DNA of 62,164 bases from a virus (Duplodnaviria > Caudoviricetes). The stretch covers positions 1 to 62,164 of the IMG/VR virus record IMGVR_UViG_3300005662_000047; one strand, given 5' to 3'. The notes under the pieces are model-generated. The model was given only the letters and a program-made list of their open reading frames with translations, had not been told where the DNA came from and ran no database searches. The stretch's first letter is position 1. Every line of letters begins with the position of its first letter. Positions 56,837 to 62,164 of the stretch are shown here, one piece after another. The position numbers were made by a program, and so were the translations under genes.

Positions 56837-57952
56837 ATGAAGATACTCGTATTTCCGACGGACGACAGGTTAGGTCAAGCTTCTGTAATTAGTCACTATT
56901 CTAAGTTAGGTCATGAGGTTTACGTTCCCAAGTTTGGAACTCTTGACCTGAATTGGAATTTCATTTCCGTGTGGCCTTCTTTATTATGTAAAAACTCTGA
57001 AAATAAAATCAACGCTATTGTTCACCCGTTGAATAAGAGTGAGTGTTTTGGAGAAGATATTTTCTTAGACATTCAAGGGATTCCGCAGTCCGATCTATCA
57101 AAAATACCTACAGTAAATTTGATAGATGAAGAGCAATTTCAAGAGACGGAATTTGATGTTTATCACACTCTTCGCGGGGGAGATTCTTATATAAAGCATT
57201 ATGAAAATCTTCTAAAGGGAAGAAAAAATATTGCTTGGGTATCATCTACGATGAGTCACTACAATCCGCTGTCAGGTAAGAAAAAAGCAAGAAATATCGC
57301 TAGAATAGTTCCTGCAAACTATCAATTTTATGACTATGGAACTAATACGATCGACATGTTTTGTGACGATGTAGAGTATGACTTGTTTGGTATTTCTAGA
57401 GACGAAGAAGTACGACTAAGAGAATTAGCTTCTTTCAATCACAACTACAAAATTAGACAACCAAAAGATTATTCACTATTCGCAGAAATGAATAAGATAT
57501 TAGAGGATAGAGGTATAAATCAAGTCTTAAACTACGGTGGAAATATAAGAAGCATGGGTGCTGACATAAGGTACAATGAAAACGGTCCAACTGGAAATCT
57601 ACCCACCTTGTCACCCATAGAGAACGTCAAAAAATATAAGAACCTGTCTGGCGTAGTTCATTTCAAGGCCAATGATTGGGGAGGTGGCGTGTTCTTCCAC
57701 TCTTTGCATTCTAGTACTCCATTAGTAATTACCGATCGTTATGTGAGAGAGACCAGATCTGGGGATTATTTGATTGATGGATATAACTGTAGAATTGTAA
57801 GCAATGCAACGCAAGCAGCAGATGCGGTTGAATCTTTGCTTAATCGCGAAATTTTCGATAAGCTTTCTTCAGGTATGAAAATAATGAAACAAAAAATTTT
57901 TGGAGATTCTTATTGGCAAAATTGGAAGAACTTTCTTGATAAATTAACGTGA
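56837..57952 (+). CDS. divergent GT-B-like protein
   Basis: HFKANDWGGG..SL..STPLV, LIDGYN in C-terminal half; cluster context. Confidence 0.55.
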   Translation: MKILVFPTDDRLGQASVISHYSKLGHEVYVPKFGTLDLNWNFISVWPSLLCKNSENKINAIVHPLNKSECFGEDIFLDIQGIPQSDLSKIPTVNLIDEEQFQETEFDVYHTLRGGDSYIKHYENLLKGRKNIAWVSSTMSHYNPLSGKKKARNIARIVPANYQFYDYGTNTIDMFCDDVEYDLFGISRDEEVRLRELASFNHNYKIRQPKDYSLFAEMNKILEDRGINQVLNYGGNIRSMGADIRYNENGPTGNLPTLSPIENVKKYKNLSGVVHFKANDWGGGVFFHSLHSSTPLVITDRYVRETRSGDYLIDGYNCRIVSNATQAADAVESLLNREIFDKLSSGMKIMKQKIFGDSYWQNWKNFLDKLT

Positions 57953-57959
57953 ATAGAAT

Positions 57960-58814
57960 ATGAAAAATCTTGCTATAGGATGGCTTGTTTGGTTGACTGA
58001 AGAAAATATGTCTAGAAGACTAGACATGGTAAAAAAATCTGCAAAAAGTCTAGATGTCTTCTTGAAACAAGATTTTTATGATTTGTTGATAATCAACAAT
58101 GCAGGAATCAAAGAGTTACCCATTGATTTACCAAAAAATTCAAAAATTATTTTTTCTAATTCAAACTATTATGATGTAGCAGTGCAATTTTTTACATATT
58201 TTTATGCCCTAAATAATTCGTTGGAATATTTCGCTTTTTTATATGACGACTTTATCGTTTATAAAGATCCATTTAAAGAATGTCTTAAGTTTATGAACGA
58301 TAATAAAGAAATAGATTGCTTGCGTTTACCTTCCTACGTGACCAATGATCCTTATTACAATAAAGACTTAACTAATAAGAAAGTAAATCCGGATGCCGTA
58401 AGTCATCGCGAAGGTGCAGGTGATTATCACAAAAAAACAAAATTAATTCAAACTGGCCCTATTGAAGTGAATAATGAGAAATTTTATTTCTCAAATTGGA
58501 GACCTAATTCTAGACCAACTTTGTGGAGGACAAAATCATATTCTAAGTTCTTAGATTCTATTGAAAGATACCAACCCATTATGCAGTCTTACGAAAGGAA
58601 AATTATAGAAATTTCAGACAAACTTGCTATTGATGGGAATTATAATAGTTCTTATCTTGAAGGTGGCATGTGTCGAACTTTTGGTATAGAAACAAGCGAA
58701 AGAACTAGAGTTGATCAATCTTACTTGTCAGAATATAAAATAGACATGAGTCAATTTCATGTTGATTATTTAGGAGCTATAAATGGCGCACAAACAACAA
58801 TGGGAATTTTGTAA
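57960..58814 (+). CDS. putative GT-A glycosyltransferase-like protein
   Basis: FLYDDF acidic motif, PTLWR; cluster context. Confidence 0.5.
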   Translation: MKNLAIGWLVWLTEENMSRRLDMVKKSAKSLDVFLKQDFYDLLIINNAGIKELPIDLPKNSKIIFSNSNYYDVAVQFFTYFYALNNSLEYFAFLYDDFIVYKDPFKECLKFMNDNKEIDCLRLPSYVTNDPYYNKDLTNKKVNPDAVSHREGAGDYHKKTKLIQTGPIEVNNEKFYFSNWRPNSRPTLWRTKSYSKFLDSIERYQPIMQSYERKIIEISDKLAIDGNYNSSYLEGGMCRTFGIETSERTRVDQSYLSEYKIDMSQFHVDYLGAINGAQTTMGIL

Positions 58815-59355
58815 ATTAGTGAAAAAAAAATTTCCTTCCTATTTTAGGAATGTGAAAGTCCTAGACATAGGATCTTACGATGTCAATGGAAACGAATCTT
58901 TTTTATTTGAAAATTCAGAATTTATAGGTCTGGATATAGGTCCAGGTCCAGGCGTAGACGTTGTTTGTCCTGCGCAATTATATGATGCTCCTGATAATAC
59001 ATTCGATACTATAATTTCTTGTGAATGTTGGGAACATAATCCTTACTACATAGAAAGCATCAAGAATGCAATAAGAATGCTAAAACCCAATGGTTTATTT
59101 TTATTTACTTGTGCTACTACAGGAAGACCTGTTCATGGTGTTGCAAGTTTAGAAGACATGGGGAAATCTACTTATAAAGAATGGAAAACTCTTCCAAATG
59201 TATCTAGAAAAGATTGGGATAATGAATACTACAAAAATGTAACCGAGAAAGATATTGAAAATGGGATATCTTTAAAAGATTTTTTTAATCAATATGAATT
59301 TTCTAAAAATGATGATCATCATGATCTTTATTTTTGGGGAATAAAAAATGCTTAG
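58783..59355 (+). CDS. class I SAM-dependent methyltransferase
   Basis: VLDIGSYDVNG, GLD..PGPGVD, FDTIISCECWEH, LKPNG. Confidence 0.88.
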   Translation: MAHKQQWEFCKLVKKKFPSYFRNVKVLDIGSYDVNGNESFLFENSEFIGLDIGPGPGVDVVCPAQLYDAPDNTFDTIISCECWEHNPYYIESIKNAIRMLKPNGLFLFTCATTGRPVHGVASLEDMGKSTYKEWKTLPNVSRKDWDNEYYKNVTEKDIENGISLKDFFNQYEFSKNDDHHDLYFWGIKNA

Positions 59356-59369
59356 CAATAATGGGTAAA

Positions 59370-60314
59370 ATGCAAAAGTTAGTATTTATCCCCCATCATA
59401 AATGGTCTTCCCCTGAAACTAGAGGCTCATCAATTATGAGAGCTTGTATAGTTTCTTCTTATATGAAAGAAAATTATGGTCATCTAATAGACGTTAGATA
59501 TAGCAGATCTTTACCTGCGGATTTTTCTAAAAATGACATAGTAATCTTTGTTAAGGATCATCATCATCCTGATGTTATCAATGCAAAAAGAAAAGGATGC
59601 ATAGTCGTTTATGATCCAATAGATGATCAAAAAGTATTTCGAAATAATGATTTTGATTTAATGATAGCTTCTTGCGATTCTCATGCATTAATTTTAGCCA
59701 AGCGTCATAGCATTGATATTAAAAGAATTATTTGTATAGATCAATTTCATACAAATATTTTTAGGAAAAAAGCAGTTGATAGAGAAAAAGAAGATGTTGT
59801 CGTAATTGGATCAGTTACCCCTGAATCTAATTCTAGATTAGAAAAAAATGACTATTTGTCTTTAGTAGATTTTAAAGACACTAAGAAGGTAGAAGTAAAA
59901 GAATTTTGCGATTTACGTTATTCTTTGACAAAAAGATGGAATGAAGTCAATGAATTATATGGATATTTTTATCCCATACATGTGGGATTAGCTTTATATG
60001 ATCCAAAAAAAGAACCTTGGAGATGTCAAGAAAAACATTCCACTAAATTATCAGCTTTCGCTTCTTATTCTATACCTACAGTCTTGTTTCATCAAGATTC
60101 TTATTGTCACGTAATAAATTTTTTTCCAGAATTGTCAAATTACGTAGTTTTTGATATGATACAAGCAAAAAAAGTTTTAAGAAACTTAGTCTTAGATTTT
60201 GATTATTACGTATACAGTAAGAAACTTTTTGAAAAAATAGGCGAATTTTTTCATATAAAAAATTGTTATACAATGTATGTAGAACAAATAAACAATGCTA
60301 TTTCTATGAAATGA
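59370..60314 (+). CDS. putative GT-B-like protein
   Basis: GSSIMR, IFVK, VYDPID, K.STKL..F....IP; cluster context; start uncertain (59361 or 59370). Confidence 0.5.
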   Translation: MQKLVFIPHHKWSSPETRGSSIMRACIVSSYMKENYGHLIDVRYSRSLPADFSKNDIVIFVKDHHHPDVINAKRKGCIVVYDPIDDQKVFRNNDFDLMIASCDSHALILAKRHSIDIKRIICIDQFHTNIFRKKAVDREKEDVVVIGSVTPESNSRLEKNDYLSLVDFKDTKKVEVKEFCDLRYSLTKRWNEVNELYGYFYPIHVGLALYDPKKEPWRCQEKHSTKLSAFASYSIPTVLFHQDSYCHVINFFPELSNYVVFDMIQAKKVLRNLVLDFDYYVYSKKLFEKIGEFFHIKNCYTMYVEQINNAISMK

Positions 60315-60363
60315 ATTCATTCTATACAAAAATTGTAGTTTAAATTTTAAAATAAAGAAATTT

Positions 60364-60393
60364 TTGAACTTTTAGAAAAGATTACATTATCAT
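60364..60393 (+). promoter_or_regulatory. possible sigma70-type promoter for ugd
   Basis: TTGAAC-18 nt-TATCAT, 8 nt before ATG; AT-rich region so chance match possible. Confidence 0.35.
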
Positions 60394-60401
60394 TTAAAGA
60401 A

Positions 60402-61313
60402 ATGAAAAACTCTATTGCTGTGGTTGGCCAAGGTTTCGTAGGAGGTTCTCTTACGACTGTTTTCTCAGAGAGAGGCTTCAACGTACTGGTATACGATAAG
60501 GCAGGTAAGGTCTCACCTGGTGCACACGATTATCGACCTGACTCTCTAAAAAGCCTTGTTAATTTTACCGAAGGATCCGTCCCTGGATTTTCCAAAGTTT
60601 ATTTCGTGTGCCTTCCAACACCAATGTATGAGGATGGAAGCGCAGACCTCAACATTGTTGAGGGTGTCCTAACAGAGCTTTCACAGATCCCGGGCGAGAG
60701 GATTGCAGTAGTAAAGTCTACTGTTCCACCTGGCTCCACCGAGAGATGGAATAAGAAATTTGGAGAAACAGGTCTTCGTGTTGTCTTCAATCCTGAGTTT
60801 TTGACTGAGGCCAATGCGTTGGATGACATGCGAAACCAAAACAGGATCATCCTTGGTGGGCCTCGGCCATACATTAACACAGTGAAGCAGGTTTTCCAGA
60901 CGGCATTCCCAAAGGTGCCGCTTGTAAAGACTTCTTCGACCACTGCCGAGATGGTGAAGTATGTCACAAACAACTTCCTGACTGTAAAGGTGGCCTTTGC
61001 AAATGAGATGTTCCAGGTCTGCGAAGCCCTAGATAAATCCGGACTAAATGTGGATTATGATAAGGTAATTGAATATGCTAAGTATGATTCTAGGTTAGGC
61101 TCCAGCCACTGGAGTGTACCTGGACCTGATGGACACTTTGGTTACGGCGGGAGCTGTTTTGTCAAAGATTTAAATGCAATGGCTAGTATTGCAAATGATC
61201 TAAAGATAGACACACCTGTCCTTGATGGAGCATGGAAGAAAAATCTAGAAGTTAGACCAGAAAGAGATTGGGAATCCTTAATCGGAAGAGCAGTTTCTAA
61301 AAAGAATAAGTAA
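60402..61313 (+). CDS. ugd: UDP-glucose/GDP-mannose 6-dehydrogenase family (short form without C-terminal domain)
   Basis: GQGFVG, CLPTP, KSTVPPG, NPEFL, AE.VKY..N, GYGGSCF. Confidence 0.9.
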   Translation: MKNSIAVVGQGFVGGSLTTVFSERGFNVLVYDKAGKVSPGAHDYRPDSLKSLVNFTEGSVPGFSKVYFVCLPTPMYEDGSADLNIVEGVLTELSQIPGERIAVVKSTVPPGSTERWNKKFGETGLRVVFNPEFLTEANALDDMRNQNRIILGGPRPYINTVKQVFQTAFPKVPLVKTSSTTAEMVKYVTNNFLTVKVAFANEMFQVCEALDKSGLNVDYDKVIEYAKYDSRLGSSHWSVPGPDGHFGYGGSCFVKDLNAMASIANDLKIDTPVLDGAWKKNLEVRPERDWESLIGRAVSKKNK

Positions 61314-61345
61314 ACAACTTCCTCTATGCCCTATAGTTATAGTTT

Positions 61346-62086
61346 ATGAAGACTGTAGCTATAGTGTGCAAAGGATGCTCAAATACTTTCACCGTAAAGT
61401 ATAAGCTTAGAAAACAAAAATACTGCTCGAGAGATTGCGTAAACAATTCTTTCTCGGGCAGTGGTAATCCTGCTTACGGAAAAACTTATCGAACTAAAGA
61501 TAAAAATCCTGAGTGGGCAGAAAAGATCAGTAAAACATCTACTGATAGAGAAATAAATAAAGGTGATAAAAATGGGATGAAAAATCCCGAAGTTGCAAAA
61601 AGGCAAGGACAGACTAGAAGCCATAAATTTGCTACAGATCCATCTTGGTCAAAAAGAACATCAGCATATGTTAGAAAAGCCTGGGCAGATGGAAAATTTG
61701 ATGAAGTTTCCGTAGGCCGATGTAAATGGTATTCTCACACCAAACCAGATGGAACTGAAGTTAAACTTCAAGGAACTTGGGAAGTTATTTTTGCAAATCA
61801 CATGGATAAGTTAGGAATAAATTATGAGTCTCATAAAGGAATCATAAAATATGTTTGTGACGAGGTAGAAAGATCATACTTGCCTGATTTTTACATTCCT
61901 TCAATAGACACATATGTTGATGTAAAAGGTGTATTTTTTAATTCTTTACAACAAGAAAAATTTGAAAAAATAAAGTCATCGAATCCTGAAATTAGAATTT
62001 ACCTTGTGACAAAAGAAGAGTTCTCATCTATTGGAATAGATGTCTTGAAAGAAGCCAACGTCATTTCTAAAAAGCCAAAGGGTTGA
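61346..62086 (+). CDS. putative free-standing homing endonuclease (Zn finger + NUMOD-like + PD-(D/E)XK)
   Basis: CKGC..YCSRDC, GSGNPAYGK, GTWE, YLPDFY, VDVKG. Confidence 0.72.
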   Translation: MKTVAIVCKGCSNTFTVKYKLRKQKYCSRDCVNNSFSGSGNPAYGKTYRTKDKNPEWAEKISKTSTDREINKGDKNGMKNPEVAKRQGQTRSHKFATDPSWSKRTSAYVRKAWADGKFDEVSVGRCKWYSHTKPDGTEVKLQGTWEVIFANHMDKLGINYESHKGIIKYVCDEVERSYLPDFYIPSIDTYVDVKGVFFNSLQQEKFEKIKSSNPEIRIYLVTKEEFSSIGIDVLKEANVISKKPKG

Positions 62087-62121
62087 TGAACTAATATGGT
62101 GACATAAGTTACCATATAGCA

Positions 62122-62164
62122 ATGCAAGAAAATAACTCCTTCCAAACTCTACCTACGGGAAAAC
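62122..62164 (+). CDS. start of a gene truncated by the window edge
   Basis: ATG 62122 opens MQENNSFQTLPTGK to the window end. Confidence 0.35.
   Translation, partial: MQENNSFQTLPTGK

Noticed and set aside
1-62164. Stop-codon reassignment, introns or inteins
   Set aside because: Genes are full length and densely packed in the standard code; terminase, primase and helicase show no intein motifs or interruptions

Overview
62-kb segment of a large tailed dsDNA (jumbo-type) bacteriophage with a T4-like head module, using the standard genetic code. From left to right: (i) an accessory block with a small lipoprotein, tRNA-Glu(UUC), two protein-kinase-like genes and a HAD 5'-nucleotidase; (ii) a minus-strand head operon (gp23 major capsid, gp22-like scaffold, gp21 protease, gp20 portal, gp17 terminase); (iii) DNA-processing genes (fused SbcD-SbcC, primase, RuvC, gp4-like nuclease); (iv) large putative tail/neck proteins; (v) a host-like module (PIN-PhoH, stand-alone sigma70 region 4, Hc1-like histone, DinG helicase, ClpP, degenerate GroEL, AT-hook membrane protein); and, after a divergent AT-rich repeat region, (vi) a ~14.4-kb plus-strand nucleotide-sugar/glycosyltransferase/methyltransferase cluster followed by a putative homing endonuclease. 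The most notable observations are a shared 'L-R/K-x-x-I-x-x-E' helix that may route kinases, a nucleotidase and a membrane protein into the capsid; an apparently ATPase-dead GroEL; the glycosylation cluster lacking rmlC; and a recurring ATANTTA upstream motif. All assignments come from motif recognition by eye, and no database searches were run.
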